A stretch of 61,209 bases of DNA, filler included, from Nemertoderma westbladi (GCA_032718475.1; 3 parts of 3 records of this genome joined end to end with filler, not necessarily neighbours in it), one strand, 5' to 3'. Shown: positions 34,460-50,113, counted from the first letter of the whole stretch. Notes: a model not told the origin generated them from the sequence alone. Numbers and translations: made by a program.

Positions 34460-37400
34460 GCCTACCCCCACTAACTCACTCCAACACCAACTCCTACCCC
34501 CACTAACTCACCCCAACACCAACTCCTACCCCCACTAACTCACTCCAACACCAACTCCTACACCCACTAACTCACCCCAACACCAACTCCTACCCCCACT
34601 AACTCACTCCAACACCAACTCCTACACCCACTAACTCACTCCAACACCAACTCCTACCCCCACTAACTCACTCCAACACCAACTCGTACACCCACTAACT
34701 CACTCCAACACCAACTCCTACCCCCACTAACTCACTCCAACACCAACTCCTACCCCCACTAACTCACCCCAACACCAACTCCTACCCCCACTAACTCACT
34801 CCAACACCAACTCCTACCCCCACTAACTCACCCCAACACCAACTCCTACCCCCACTAACTCACTCCAACTCCTACCCCCACTAACTCACCCCAACACCAA
34901 CTCCTACCCCCACTAACTCACTCCAACACCAACTCCTACCCCCACTAACTAACTCCAACACCAACTCCTACCCCCACTAACTCACTCCAACACCAACTCC
35001 TACCCCCACTAACTCACTCCAACACCAACTCCTACCCCCACTAACTCACTCCAACACCAACTCCTACCCCCACTAACTCACTCCAACTCCAACTCCTACC
35101 CCCCACTAACTCACTCCAACACCAACTCCTACCCCCACTAACTCACTCCAACTCCAACTCCTACCCCCCACTAACTCACTCCAACACCAACTCCTACCCC
35201 CACTAACTCACTCCAACACCAACTCCTACACCCACTAACTCACTCCAACACCAACTCCTACCCCCACTAACTCACTCCAACACCAACACCAACTCCTACC
35301 CCCACTAACTCACTCCAACACCAACTCCTACCCCCACTAACTCACTCCAACACCAACTCCTACCCCCACTAACTCACTCCAACACCAACTCCTACCCCCA
35401 CTAACTCACTCCAACACCAACTCCTACCCCCACTAACTCACTCCAACACCAACTCCTACCCCCACTAACTCACCCCAACACCAACTCCTACCCCCACTAA
35501 CTCACTCCAACACCAACTCCTACCCCCACTAACTCACTCCAACACCAACTCCTACCCCCACTAACTCACTCCAACACCAACTCCTACCCCCACTAACTCA
35601 CTCCAACACCAACTCCTACCCCCACTAACTCACTCCAACTCCAACTCCTACCCCCCACTAACTCACTCCAACACCAACTCCTACCCCCACTAACTCACTC
35701 CAACACCAACTCCTACCCCCACTAACTCACTCCAACACCAACTCCTACCCCCACTAACTCACTCCAACACCAACTCCTACCCCCACTAACTCACCCCAAC
35801 ACCAACTCCTACCCCCACTAACTCACTCCAACACCAACTCCTACCCCCACTAACTCACTCCAACACCAACTCCTACCCCCACTAACTCACTCCAACACCA
35901 ACTCCTACCCCCACTAACTCACTCCAACACCAACTCCTACCCCCACTAACTCACTCCAACACCAACTCCTACCCCCACTAACTCACTCCAACACCAACTC
36001 CTACCCCCACTAACTCACTCCAACACCAACTCCTACCCCCACTAACTCACTCCAACACCAACTCCTACCCCCACTAACTCACTCCAACACCAACTCCTAC
36101 CCCCACTAACTCACTCCAACACCAACTCCTACCCCCACTAACTCACTCCAACACCAACTCCTACCCCCACTAACTCACTCCAACACCAACTCCTACCCCC
36201 ACTAACTCACTCCAACACCAACTCCTACATCCACTAACTAACTCCAACACCAACACCAACTCCTACCCCCACTAACTCACTCCAACACCAACTCCTACCC
36301 CCACTAACTCACTCCAACACCAACTCCTACCCCCACTAACTCACTCCAACACCAACTCCTACCCCCACTAACTCACTCCAACACCAACTCCTACCCCCAC
36401 TAACTCACTCCAACACCAACTCCTACCCCCACTAACTCACTCCAACACCAACTCCTACCCCCACTAACTCACTCCAACACCAACTCCTACCCCCACTAAC
36501 TCACTCCAACACCAACTCCTACCCCCACTAACTCACTCCAACACCAACTCCTACCCCCACTAACTCACTCCAACACCAACTCCTACCCCCACTAACTCAC
36601 TCCAACACCAACTCCTACCCCCACTAACTCACTCCAACACCAACTCCTACCCCCACTAACTCACTCCAACACCAACTCCTACCCCCACTAACTCACTCCA
36701 ACACCAACTCCTACCCCCACTAACTCACTCCAACACCAACTCCTACCCCCACTAACTCACTCCAACACCAACTCCTACCCCCACTAACTCACTCCAACAC
36801 CAACTCCTACCCCCACTAACTCACTCCAACACCAACTCCTACCCCCACTAACTCACTCCAACACCAACTCCTACCCCCACTAACTCACTCCAACACCAAC
36901 TCCTACCCCCACTAACTCACTCCAACACCAACTCCTACCCCCACTAACTCACTCCAACACCAACTCCTACCCCCACTAACTCACTCCAACACCAACTCCT
37001 ACCCCCACTAACTCACTCCAACACCAACTCCTACCCCCACTAACTCACTCCAACACCAACTCCTACCCCCACTAACTCACTCCAACACCAACTCCTACCC
37101 CCACTAACTCACTCCAACACCAACTCCTACCCCCACTAACTCACTCCAACACCAACTCCTACCCCCACTAACTCACTCCAACACCAACTCCTACCCCCAC
37201 TAACTCACTCCAACACCAACTCCTACCCCCACTAACTCACTCCAACACCAACTCCTACCCCCACTAACTCACTCCAACACCAACTCCTACCCCCACTAAC
37301 TCACTCCAACACCAACTCCTACCCCCACTAACTCACTCCAACACCAACTCCTACCCCCACTAACTCACTCCAACACCAACTCCTACCCCCACTAACTCAC

Positions 37401-40400
37401 TCCAACACCAACTCCTACCCCCACTAACTCACTCCAACACCAACTCCTACCCCCACTAACTCACTCCAACACCAACTCCTACCCCCACTAACTCACTCCA
37501 ACACCAACTCCTACCCCCACTAACTCACTCCAACACCAACTCCTACCCCCACTAACTCACTCCAACACCAACTCCTACCCCCACTAACTCACTCCAACAC
37601 CAACTCCTACCCCCACTAACTCACTCCAACACCAACTCCTACCCCCACTAACTCACTCCAACACCAACTCCTACCCCCACTAACTCACTCCAACACCAAC
37701 TCCTACCCCCACTAACTCACTCCAACACCAACTCCTACCCCCACTAACTCACTCCAACACCAACTCCTACCCCCACTAACTCACTCCAACACCAACTCCT
37801 ACCCCCACTAACTCACTCCAACACCAACTCCTACCCCCACTAACTCACTCCAACACCAACTCCTACCCCCACTAACTCACTCCAACACCAACTCCTACCC
37901 CCACTAACTCACTCCAACACCAACTCCTACCCCCACTAACTCACTCCAACACCAACTCCTACCCCCACTAACTCACTCCAACACCAACTCCTACCCCCAC
38001 TAACTCACTCCAACACCAACTCCTACCCCCACTAACTCACTCCAACACCAACTCCTACCCCCACTAACTCACTCCAACACCAACTCCTACCCCCACTAAC
38101 TCACTCCAACACCAACTCCTACCCCCACTAACTCACTCCAACACCAACTCCTACCCCCACTAACTCACTCCAACACCAACTCCTACCCCCACTAACTCAC
38201 TCCAACACCAACTCCTACCCCCACTAACTCACTCCAACACCAACTCCTACCCCCACTAACTCACTCCAACACCAACTCCTACCCCCACTAACTCACTCCA
38301 ACACCAACTCCTACCCCCACTAACTCACTCCAACACCAACTCCTACCCCCACTAACTCACTCCAACACCAACTCCTACCCCCACTAACTCACTCCAACAC
38401 CAACTCCTACCCCCACTAACTCACTCCAACACCAACTCCTACCCCCACTAACTCACTCCAACACCAACTCCTACCCCCACTAACTCACTCCAACACCAAC
38501 TCCTACCCCCACTAACTCACTCCAACACCAACTCCTACCCCCACTAACTCACTCCAACACCAACTCCTACCCCCACTAACTCACTCCAACACCAACTCCT
38601 ACCCCCACTAACTCACTCCAACACCAACTCCTACCCCCACTAACTCACTCCAACACCAACTCCTACCCCCACTAACTCACTCCAACACCAACTCCTACCC
38701 CCACTAACTCACTCCAACACCAACTCCTACCCCCACTAACTCACTCCAACACCAACTCCTACCCCCACTAACTCACTCCAACACCAACTCCTACCCCCAC
38801 TAACTCACTCCAACACCAACTCCTACCCCCACTAACTCACTCCAACACCAACTCCTACCCCCACTAACTCACTCCAACACCAACTCCTACCCCCACTAAC
38901 TCACTCCAACACCAACTCCTACCCCCACTAACTCACTCCAACACCAACTCCTACCCCCACTAACTCACTCCAACACCAACTCCTACCCCCACTAACTCAC
39001 TCCAACACCAACTCCTACCCCCACTAACTCACTCCAACACCAACTCCTACCCCCACTAACTCACTCCAACACCAACTCCTACCCCCACTAACTCACTCCA
39101 ACACCAACTCCTACCCCCACTAACTCACTCCAACACCAACTCCTACCCCCACTAACTCACTCCAACACCAACTCCTACCCCCACTAACTCACTCCAACAC
39201 CAACTCCTACCCCCACTAACTCACTCCAACACCAACTCCTACCCCCACTAACTCACTCCAACACCAACTCCTACCCCCACTAACTCACTCCAACACCAAC
39301 TCCTACCCCCACTAACTCACTCCAACACCAACTCCTACCCCCACTAACTCACTCCAACACCAACTCCTACCCCCACTAACTCACTCCAACACCAACTCCT
39401 ACCCCCACTAACTCACTCCAACACCAACTCCTACCCCCACTAACTCACTCCAACACCAACTCCTACCCCCACTAACTCACTCCAACACCAACTCCTACCC
39501 CCACTAACTCACTCCAACACCAACTCCTACCCCCACTAACTCACTCCAACACCAACTCCTACCCCCACTAACTCACTCCAACACCAACTCCTACCCCCAC
39601 TAACTCACTCCAACACCAACTCCTACCCCCACTAACTCACTCCAACACCAACTCCTACCCCCACTAACTCACTCCAACACCAACTCCTACCCCCACTAAC
39701 TCACTCCAACACCAACTCCTACCCCCACTAACTCACTCCAACACCAACTCCTACCCCCACTAACTCACTCCAACACCAACTCCTACCCCCACTAACTCAC
39801 TCCAACACCAACTCCTACCCCCACTAACTCACTCCAACACCAACTCCTACCCCCACTAACTCACTCCAACACCAACTCCTACCCCCACTAACTCACTCCA
39901 ACACCAACTCCTACCCCCACTAACTCACTCCAACACCAACTCCTACCCCCACTAACTCACTCCAACACCAACTCCTACCCCCACTAACTCACTCCAACAC
40001 CAACTCCTACCCCCACTAACTCACTCCAACACCAACTCCTACCCCCACTAACTCACTCCAACACCAACTCCTACCCCCACTAACTCACTCCAACACCAAC
40101 TCCTACCCCCACTAACTCACTCCAACACCAACTCCTACCCCCACTAACTCACTCCAACACCAACTCCTACCCCCACTAACTCACTCCAACACCAACTCCT
40201 ACCCCCACTAACTCACTCCAACACCAACTCCTACCCCCACTAACTCACTCCAACACCAACTCCTACCCCCACTAACTCACTCCAACACCAACTCCTACCC
40301 CCACTAACTCACTCCAACACCAACTCCTACCCCCACTAACTCACTCCAACACCAACTCCTACCCCCACTAACTCACTCCAACACCAACTCCTACCCCCAC

Positions 40401-43400
40401 TAACTCACTCCAACACCAACTCCTACCCCCACTAACTCACTCCAACACCAACTCCTACCCCCACTAACTCACTCCAACACCAACTCCTACCCCCACTAAC
40501 TCACTCCAACACCAACTCCTACCCCCACTAACTCACTCCAACACCAACTCCTACCCCCACTAACTCACTCCAACACCAACTCCTACCCCCACTAACTCAC
40601 TCCAACACCAACTCCTACCCCCACTAACTCACTCCAACACCAACTCCTACCCCCACTAACTCACTCCAACACCAACTCCTACCCCCACTAACTCACTCCA
40701 ACACCAACTCCTACCCCCACTAACTCACTCCAACACCAACTCCTACCCCCACTAACTCACTCCAACACCAACTCCTACCCCCACTAACTCACTCCAACAC
40801 CAACTCCTACCCCCACTAACTCACTCCAACACCAACTCCTACCCCCACTAACTCACTCCAACACCAACTCCTACCCCCACTAACTCACTCCAACACCAAC
40901 TCCTACCCCCACTAACTCACTCCAACACCAACTCCTACCCCCACTAACTCACTCCAACACCAACTCCTACCCCCACTAACTCACTCCAACACCAACTCCT
41001 ACCCCCACTAACTCACTCCAACACCAACTCCTACCCCCACTAACTCACTCCAACACCAACTCCTACCCCCACTAACTCACTCCAACACCAACTCCTACAT
41101 CCACTAACTAACTCCAACACCAACACCAACTCCTACCCCCACTAACTCACTCCAACACCAACTCCTACCCCCACTAACTCACTCCAACACCAACTCCTAC
41201 CCCCACTAACTCACTCCAACACCAACTCCTACCCCCACTAACTCACTCCAACACCAACTCCTACCCCCACTAACTCACTCCAACACCAACTCCTACCCCC
41301 ACTAACTCACTCCAACACCAACTCCTACCCCCACTAACTCACTCCAACACCAACTCCTACCCCCACTAACTCACCCCAACACCAACTCCTACCCCCACTA
41401 ACTCACTCCAACACCAACTCCTACCCCCACTAACTCACTCCAACACCAACTCCTACCCCCACTAACTCACTCCAACACCAACTCCTACCCCCACTAACTC
41501 ACTCCAACACCAACTCCTACCCCCACTAACTCACTCCAACACCAACTCCTACCCCCACTAACTCACTCCAACACCAACTCCTACCCCCACTACTCACTCC
41601 AACTCCACCCCCACACTCACTCCACACCAACTCCTACCCCCACTAACTCACTCCAACACCAACTCCTACCCCCACTAACTCACTCCAACACCAACTCCTA
41701 CCCCCACTAACTCACTCCAACACCAACTCCTACCCCCACTAACTCACTCCAACACCAACTCCTACCCCCACTAACTCACTCCAACACCAACTCCTACCCC
41801 CACTAACTCACTCCAACACCAACTCCTACCCCCACTAACTCACTCCAACACCAACTCCTACCCCCACTAACTCACTCCAACACCAACTCCTACCCCCACT
41901 AACTCACCCCAACACCAACTCCTACCCCCACTAACTCACTCCAACACCAACTCCTACCCCCACTAACTCACTCCAACACCAACTCCTACCCCCACTAACT
42001 CACTCCAACACCAACTCCTACCCCCACTAACTCACTCCAACACCAACTCCTACCCCCACTAACTCACTCCAACACCAACTCCTACCCCCACTAACTCACT
42101 CCAACACCAACTCCTACCCCCACTAACTCACTCCAACACCAACTCCTACCCCCACTAACTCACTCCAACACCAACTCCTACCCCCACTAACTCACTCCAA
42201 CACCAACTCCTACCCCCACTAACTCACTCCAACACCAACTCCTACCCCCACTAACTCACTCCAACACCAACTCCTACCCCCACTAACTCACTCCAACACC
42301 AACTCCTACCCCCACTAACTCACTCCAACACCAACTCCTACCCCCACTAACTCACTCCAACACCAACTCCTACCCCCACTAACTCACTCCAACACCAACT
42401 CCTACCCCCACTAACTCACTCCAACACCAACTCCTACCCCCACTAACTCACTCCAACACCAACTCCTACCCCCACTAACTCACTCCAACACCAACTCCTA
42501 CCCCCACTAACTCACTCCAACACCAACTCCTACCCCCACTAACTCACTCCAACACCAACTCCTACCCCCACTAACTCACTCCAACACCAACTCCTACCCC
42601 CACTAACTCACTCCAACACCAACTCCTACCCCCACTAACTCACTCCAACACCAACTCCTACCCCCACTAACTCACTCCAACACCAACTCCTACCCCCACT
42701 AACTCACTCCAACACCAACTCCTACCCCCACTAACTCACTCCAACACCAACTCCTACCCCCACTAACTCACTCCAACACCAACTCCTACCCCCACTAACT
42801 CACTCCAACACCAACTCCTACCCCCACTAACTCACTCCAACACCAACTCCTACCCCCACTAACTCACTCCAACACCAACTCCTACCCCCACTAACTCACT
42901 CCAACACCAACTCCTACCCCCACTAACTCACTCCAACACCAACTCCTACCCCCACTAACTCACTCCAACACCAACTCCTACCCCCACTAACTCACTCCAA
43001 CACCAACTCCTACCCCCACTAACTCACTCCAACACCAACTCCTACCCCCACTAACTCACTCCAACACCAACTCCTACCCCCACTAACTCACTCCAACACC
43101 AACTCCTACCCCCACTAACTCACTCCAACACCAACTCCTACCCCCACTAACTCACTCCAACACCAACTCCTACCCCCACTAACTCACTCCAACACCAACT
43201 CCTACCCCCACTAACTCACTCCAACACCAACTCCTACCCCCACTAACTCACTCCAACACCAACTCCTACCCCCACTAACTCACTCCAACACCAACTCCTA
43301 CCCCCACTAACTCACTCCAACACCAACTCCTACCCCCACTAACTCACTCCAACACCAACTCCTACCCCCACTAACTCACTCCAACACCAACTCCTACCCC

Positions 43401-43685
43401 CACTAACTCACTCCAACACCAACTCCTACCCCCACTAACTCACTCCAACACCAACTCCTACCCCCACTAACTCACTCCAACACCAACTCCTACCCCCACT
43501 AACTCACTCCAACACCAACTCCTACCCCCACTAACTCACTCCAACACCAACTCCTACCCCCACTAACTCACTCCAACACCAACTCCTACCCCCACTAACT
43601 CACTCCAACACCAACTCCTACCCCCACTAACTCACTCCAACACCAACTCCTACCCCCACTAACTCACTCCAACACCAACTCCTAC
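34460..43685. repeat. 32-bp satellite with no G on the plus strand, ~290 near-identical copies, running into the gap
   Basis: Unit cctacccccactaactcactccaacaccaact. Confidence 0.98.
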
Positions 43686-43785
43686 NNNNNNNNNNNNNNN
43701 NNNNNNNNNNNNNNNNNNNNNNNNNNNNNTTAATTAATTAANNNNNNNNNNNNNNNNNNNNNNNNNNNNNNNNNNNNNNNNNNNN
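43686..43785. other. Artificial contig linker (N44-TTAATTAATTAA-N44)
   Basis: Same structure as 16473-16572. Confidence 0.97.
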
Positions 43786-44388
43786 ACCTGGGATCATGGA
43801 TCCGGAAGTCAGGTGAGGACCTTCGAATACGTAAGGGAAAGGCATGGGCAGCCTTGAATAGGCTTTCCAGGATTTGGAAGTCACCGAGAATTAATCGGAA
43901 ACTTAAGGTCCGATTATTTAGAGCAGCAGTAGTTCCAGTACTCCTCTACGGGAGTCCATGCTGGGCTCTAACTGCTGAGGACACCAAATCTCTGGATGGC
44001 ACATTCACAAGAATGCTACGCCGGGTTCATTGTGTCAAGTACAATGCACACATCTCCAACCAGACACTATATAACATTGGAGGTGTCTCATTGGTTCCCC
44101 CAAGCTTGACACTAGAACAAAATCGCCTCTGCTTTGCAGGACATTGCTTTCGCCGTGAGGACCAGCCAGTGCATAATCTTGTACTTTGGCAGCCTCATGG
44201 AGTGAATAAGCATGGTGGACAGCCCATGACTTTCTTGAGACGCATCTTAAAGGACACTGGCCTTTAAAGATGCAGATGATCTAGCCAATGTCATGGGTGA
44301 TAGGGAGTTGTGGCGGTGCAATTTTGTTGACAAGCCGGCACAGCATTCTTAAAAATGCAGCTGCAATGCAGCATGCCGATCCTAGTAT
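43786..44388 (+). mobile_element. RTE-clade LINE 3' portion
   Basis: KGKAWAALNRLSRIWKS..LKVRLFRAAVVPVLLYGSPCW..LDGTFTRMLRRV..FAGHCFR..DTGL; 3' UTR ends in gatcctagta. Confidence 0.9.
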
Positions 44389-45249
44389 GATCCATTATTG
44401 ATTATAAAACTAATACAGTAATAGGCCTAAATTATGTGAAAGGTATATCCACATTTTCCACAATCCTGCAATCCAGTTTGGCCTATCAATTATTTAAAAT
44501 TTATTAGCACAACCGGTAGGCCTACCATTACCGTATTTAAATGGTAGGCTACATAGTAGGCCTATAGCAGTACCGGTACCGGTACTAAAATACAGAAATA
44601 CCTGCTTTATACCTACATCTGTACATACAATACAGCAAAATAGTGCTATATATACTAATACCGGTACTGATAGCAGTAGAGAAACCGGTAGCATGGAACC
44701 TAACATTAGACTTTTGGAGGACATAAAAAATAAAAAAAAAGGACAAAAAAAGGATTTAAACGGACAATAAAAATTATTGCGTAAAAAATCACTGCCAATA
44801 TTAAATCGCACTACTGCACTACTGACTGACAGATACCGAAACACCAATAACATAAACAGTTTATCCTTTTTATAGGATATAAATTATTTTTGTCTTTATG
44901 GGTAAGTTTTTTGGGTAATATTGTGTTTTTTGTGTTTTTTTGTATAAATTGTTGTGTTTTTTTGTATTTTTTTTTGTGTTTTTTTTGTATTTTTTTTTGT
45001 GTTTTTTGTGTATTTTTGGGTAATTTTGTGTTTTTTTGGGTAATTCGTAAGACTTGTCATTCCTTGATGAAATTAAACGAAACTTGGTATGTATGTCTGT
45101 ATGTAGTCTGTCAATAGATTATAAATAATCTGAAGTTTGGTAAAAACAAACGAACGCAATGAGGCAAATTAAGGAGACGAGTATTGTGTTGAACGACCTC
45201 TGACTAACGAAAGACAACACGTTAATGGGGCCCATATCAGCTAGGGCTA

Positions 45250-45495
45250 GCTACTACTAGTATCGGCATGCTGCATTGCAGCTGCATTTTTAGGAATGCT
45301 GTGCCGACTTGTTGACAAAATTGCGCTGCCACAACTCCCTATCACCCATGACATTTGCTAGATCATCTGCATCTTCAAGGCCAGTGTTCTTTTAGATGCG
45401 TCTCAAGAAAGTCATGGGCTGTCCACGATGCTTATTCACTCCATGAGGCTGCCCAAGTACAAGATTATGCACTGGCTGGTCCTCACGGCGAAAGC
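45250..45495 (-). mobile_element. 5'-truncated copy of the same RTE family with (TAG)n tail
   Basis: Reverse complement of ~44146-44388; ctactactag tail. Confidence 0.9.
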
Positions 45496-45715
45496 TTACG
45501 AAGGGTGCAAAGTCCGCCCTCCTCTGTCTCGCTGGTTCCACATATAGTGCGGTTTTAGCGTCCTCCACAGATTCTAGGACCCTCATCGGGGGGCGTCCCG
45601 CATATGCGCCCCGCATATACGACCCCGATATCTAACAACGCCTTAGTCTGCGGGTTAAATGCCCCTGGAACTCCTACATCACACCAAAGACCTGCCTCTC
45701 CACTTAATTCAGGCT

Positions 45716-46250
45716 ACTACTACTACTAGGATCGGCATACTGCATTGCAGCTGCATTTTTAAGAATGCTGTGCCGGCTTGTCAACAAAATTGCACCGCCA
45801 CAACTCCCTATCACCCATGAAATTTGCTAGATCATATACGTTTAAGATACGTCTCAAGAAAGTCATGGGCTGTCCACCATGCATATTCACTCCATGAGAC
45901 TGCCAAAGTACAAGATTATGCACTGGCTGGTCCCCACGGTAAAAGCAATGTCCTGCAAAGCGGAGGCGATTTCGTTCTAGTGTCAAGCTTGGGGGAACCA
46001 ATGAGACACCTCCAATGTTATATAGTGTCTGGTTGGAGATGTGTGCATTGTACTTGACACAATGAAACCCGGCGTAGCATTCTTGTGAATGTGCCATCCA
46101 GAGATTTGGTGTCCTCAGCAGTTAGAGCCCAGCATGGACTCCCTAAAGGGAAAGGCATGGGCAGCCTTGAATAGGCTTTCCAAGATTTGGAAGTCACCGA
46201 GAATTAATCGGAAACTTAAGGTCCGATTATTTAGAGCAGCAGTTCCAGTA
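45716..46250 (-). mobile_element. RTE copy with 5' inversion and 11-bp TSD
   Basis: 45716-46143 matches consensus 43950-end on minus; 46144-46250 matches consensus 43832-43940 on plus; TAATTCAGGCT at 45705-45715 and 46249-46259. Confidence 0.92.
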
Positions 46251-48719
46251 ATTCAGGCTGGTCTCTGACTATGGGTTCCGACTGTCACGTTTCGTGGTCC
46301 AAATGCTAGAGAGGCCAGATCCCCAGAACATCACGGAGTTCATTATATGTCTTTGGATTATGAGGCCTTTTTTAAATTCCAATTCTTCCAAATTCAATTG
46401 TTATTAATCAAATTTCACTAACATTCAAATAATTTGAATTTTAATTGTATCAATTAGGCATTAATTCAATTAAATTTTCAATTAGCAACAATCAGACAAT
46501 TAGGCAAACCATAAATATTTCATTAACGATATAGACAGTACAAACAAAACAAATAAACAATAAACAAAACAAGTATACAAAAGGCACTAAACAATTAAAG
46601 ATTACAAAACTCTATAAACAATCAATTACAAAAATAAAGAGTACAAAATACAATAAACAATTGAATTGAAGTAAACAAACAGCAATAAAACTACCAGTAT
46701 AAATTAAAGTAATAAAAAGTAATACATTATTTATTAAAGTAAGCAAAACTCATTAAGCAATTAAACGTAAATACAGAAAACTCAATACACGCAACTCTGC
46801 AGTTCAGCAGTAGGCCTACTGACCACAAAATGACTGAATGAGTCATTTATTGGCGGTGGATCATGTGACTGATTTTTAATTGCAATGCGTGTCAAGCACC
46901 ACTAAAGTTCTTATTAAATTTTTGTCAAGTTATAAAGTCACCGAAAGTATGTTCTAGGATACAAAATTTGTTAAGAATTTGGTAAGTGCATTGCATGATA
47001 AGTGCCCACCAAATTATTTCTTAAAATCTATACTGTACTTGGCAAGTATTTTTTAATTCCTTAACAAATAATGCAAAATGTGGTAATTGTAAAAATTTAG
47101 TAAAATTATCATGCCAGTACCTTGCCATTAGGTAGTACTTTACTAATATGATACGATTCTCAACCCGGCAGGCATCAGCAAAGTCTCGAGCAATAGGCTG
47201 CCACTGGAGAGCCAAAGGCTCGACAGAGTCTTATGAGGAATAAATAATGCAGCCTTTTTAACGGAACTTGAGAAACCAACATAAACACCAAAGTAAAACC
47301 TCATAAGATAGCATTATGGTGTACCCCCTGTCAAGTAGGGCCTCAAGTCTTTGATCTTTTTTAGGTAGATTTTTAAAGGATTTTTCCAGGAGAACGGCGA
47401 AAGCTAGAACGATTCTGTTTGCGCGATCTGGTAGATGGCCCTAGCGCGATAGCTAGGAGTTTTTGTGGAAAAAATCTGTTAATTAATTAATTAGTAATTA
47501 GCGATTAAAGATTTCTAATTTATTTTTCTCGAAAAGTATTTGGTTTTTCCCCTAGCAACGGTGTTTTTTTTTGTTCACCTCGGTAAGATCTAAAAAAAGT
47601 TCAGTCATCGCTATGACCCTCCTATTACTGTTAATTAGTACTAATTAGCCGAAAACTAATTAGCGTCGTAACTCGAAAACACTAAGAGCTATGAAAAAAC
47701 GTAACATCACAAAGTTGTTTGGAATTATATTCTACACAAAAAAGTCTCTGGCGCCGATGCCGTATCTCCTACCGTTAATTAGTAATTAACTAATTACTTA
47801 TAATTACCTAATTGGCGGGGGGGCTTTGCCCCCCCGCTCCCCAAATCCTTATTAACAAGGTGTACCAAAGCGGTTTACTATTTTACAAATGATAATTACT
47901 CTAAAATCTTTTGAATCGAACTAATTAACGATTTTACTAATTAGTAAAGTTTTCCAAATTAATTAATAATTTATCCAATCCGGCTGCAATTATTAATACA
48001 GCTGATTTATCAGCCTGGTTTGATGAACTTGATGAAATCATAAAGTCAGTAGTTGCTGAATGCTATTACTGACTAAAACTATATACCAAACACCTCTTGC
48101 CGGTAGCTACCTCCACAGTCTGTAGTGAGCACCGGTGCAGGTATGGTAGGCCTACATGTAGGGCATATATAGCAGTATAGTGGCGGTTCTTTTGGCAGAT
48201 AGGCCTAGTCAAAACGTTACATCAGATGCCGTATTTTAGTCAAAACGTACCCTATCTTCATATAGTTGAGTATTGTCAATACAGGAATATCAAAGTACTC
48301 CTGTACTTAGTATACCCATCTGCCCATGTACAGTAACTGGATGACAGTTACCCTTAGTTTGTAGGCTATATATGATTGACGTTTCTAGCAATGTTCTTAA
48401 CGTTGGGATTTTACTGGAAGTTATTAATACCATAGTTTACCCCAAAAAAACTAAAATTACCCAAATCGCACCAAATCAAAATAAATCTTATAACAGCAAC
48501 ACGGGCTATCTGACGATATGGATTAGATCAATGTAGCAGATAGTGACTATTGAAGGGCTTCTTATGCATGCAAAGGCAAATATGATCAGACCCAAATCAC
48601 ACAGTCAGACCTGATCTTTTGCTGATCAAATACCGGTAGGTGACTTTGCTGATATGCAGTAACATTTTACGGTACAATTTGATGCGAAAATGTTTTGGCC
48701 AGTACTCTGAACCTTCCAT

Positions 48720-48940
48720 TGGGGTCCCAGGTCACGCGCCTACCGTGGTCACTGTATCTGGCACCTGATTGGCTATAATATTCAAACGCTGAAAACTTAC
48801 CTAGGCCTTGACAATTAGTGATAAGATTTTATGCGAATATGTTTTGGATGGTGTTCTGAATCTCGCGTTGAGGTCCCAAGTCACCCCCATACCGTGGTCA
48901 TCAGATACGGCGCCTGATTGGCTAATTATTTGAACGACGA
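48720..48940. repeat. Diverged ~70-bp duplication (period ~150)
   Basis: ggtccca.gtcac...taccgtggtca...cctgattggcta at ~48723 and ~48872. Confidence 0.7.
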
Positions 48941-49036
48941 TAACTCGAGTTTGCTTCACTTTGGGATGAAGTTTGAAGGCTAGGAATATTCTCTGGATGA
49001 TGCCCCAACTCACTGATGATGTTTCATAGCTGTGAC

Positions 49037-49585
49037 GATGAGTTTAACTGGTGCATCGACTCTGCATACGAATTATCGAGCATGGCAATGAGTTTAACCA
49101 CTGCGTCAACTCAGCGTACGAATTATCTTCCGTGTCAATGTGTTTAACCGCTGCATCGACGCCGCGTACGAATTATGCTCCATGAAAATGAGTTTAACCG
49201 CTGCATCGACGCCGCGTACGAATTATCCTCCGTGGAAATGAGTTTAACCGCTGCGTCGATGCCGTGTACGAATTATCCTCCGTGTAAATGAGTTTAACCC
49301 CTGCGTCGACGCCGCGTACGAATTATCCTCCGTGAAAATGAGTTTAACCACTGCGACGACACCGCGTACAAACTATCCTCCGCGACAATGAGTTTAACCG
49401 CTGCGACGACGCCGCGTATGAATTATTGATCGTGGCAATGAGTTTAACCACTGCGACGACGCTGCATACGAATTATTGATCGTGGAAATGAGTTTAACCG
49501 CTGCGACGACGCCGCGTACGAATTATTGATCGTGGAAATGAGTTTAACCACTGCATCGACTACACGACACGTACAAATTATTGAC
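49037..49585. repeat. 50-bp minisatellite, ~11 diverged copies, CpG-rich
   Basis: aatgagtttaaccgctgc..cgacgccgcgtacgaattat recurs every 50 bp from 49087. Confidence 0.93.
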
Positions 49586-50113
49586 TGCGCCTACGAATTT
49601 TATTGCTGGGACAACTTTACGAATGAAATATTATCCTCGGCCACTAATGCAATAAATTAATATATAGTAATAATTTTTGCAATTTACGTAATTTACGTTT
49701 TGTAATTTTCAACAAATTTAAATTAAATGTTTGTAATGTCTGTAATGTTTTTGTTTTGTAATAATTTATTGTAATAAATGCCAATTAATCTCAATGTTCT
49801 TCTTAGTTCAACCTCTTCCCTAGATATAACTACTAAAGTTAAATAAGAAACACAATTATGTGCTTATCAACCCCGCGGGATATATGTATTGGTTTTTTTT
49901 ATTGGTATTATTGGTATTGTTTACACAAATATTTTTTGGTAATTTTTTATTACCGGTATATATATAATTGTTCATTTAATTTTGTGTGTAAACGCTACGC
50001 CGACAACCACTGCTAACAATGGGAAGTATGAAAATGTATCCTGAGTCCGCGACTTTTGTTTACTGTTTTGGTTAGAATAACCTTCCACTGTAACCAGATC
50101 GGATTAATTTGTT

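Noticed and set aside
34460-43685. True telomere
   Set aside because: Complex 32-bp unit beginning inside an intron, and the C-rich strand points toward the contig end, opposite to a right-hand telomere.
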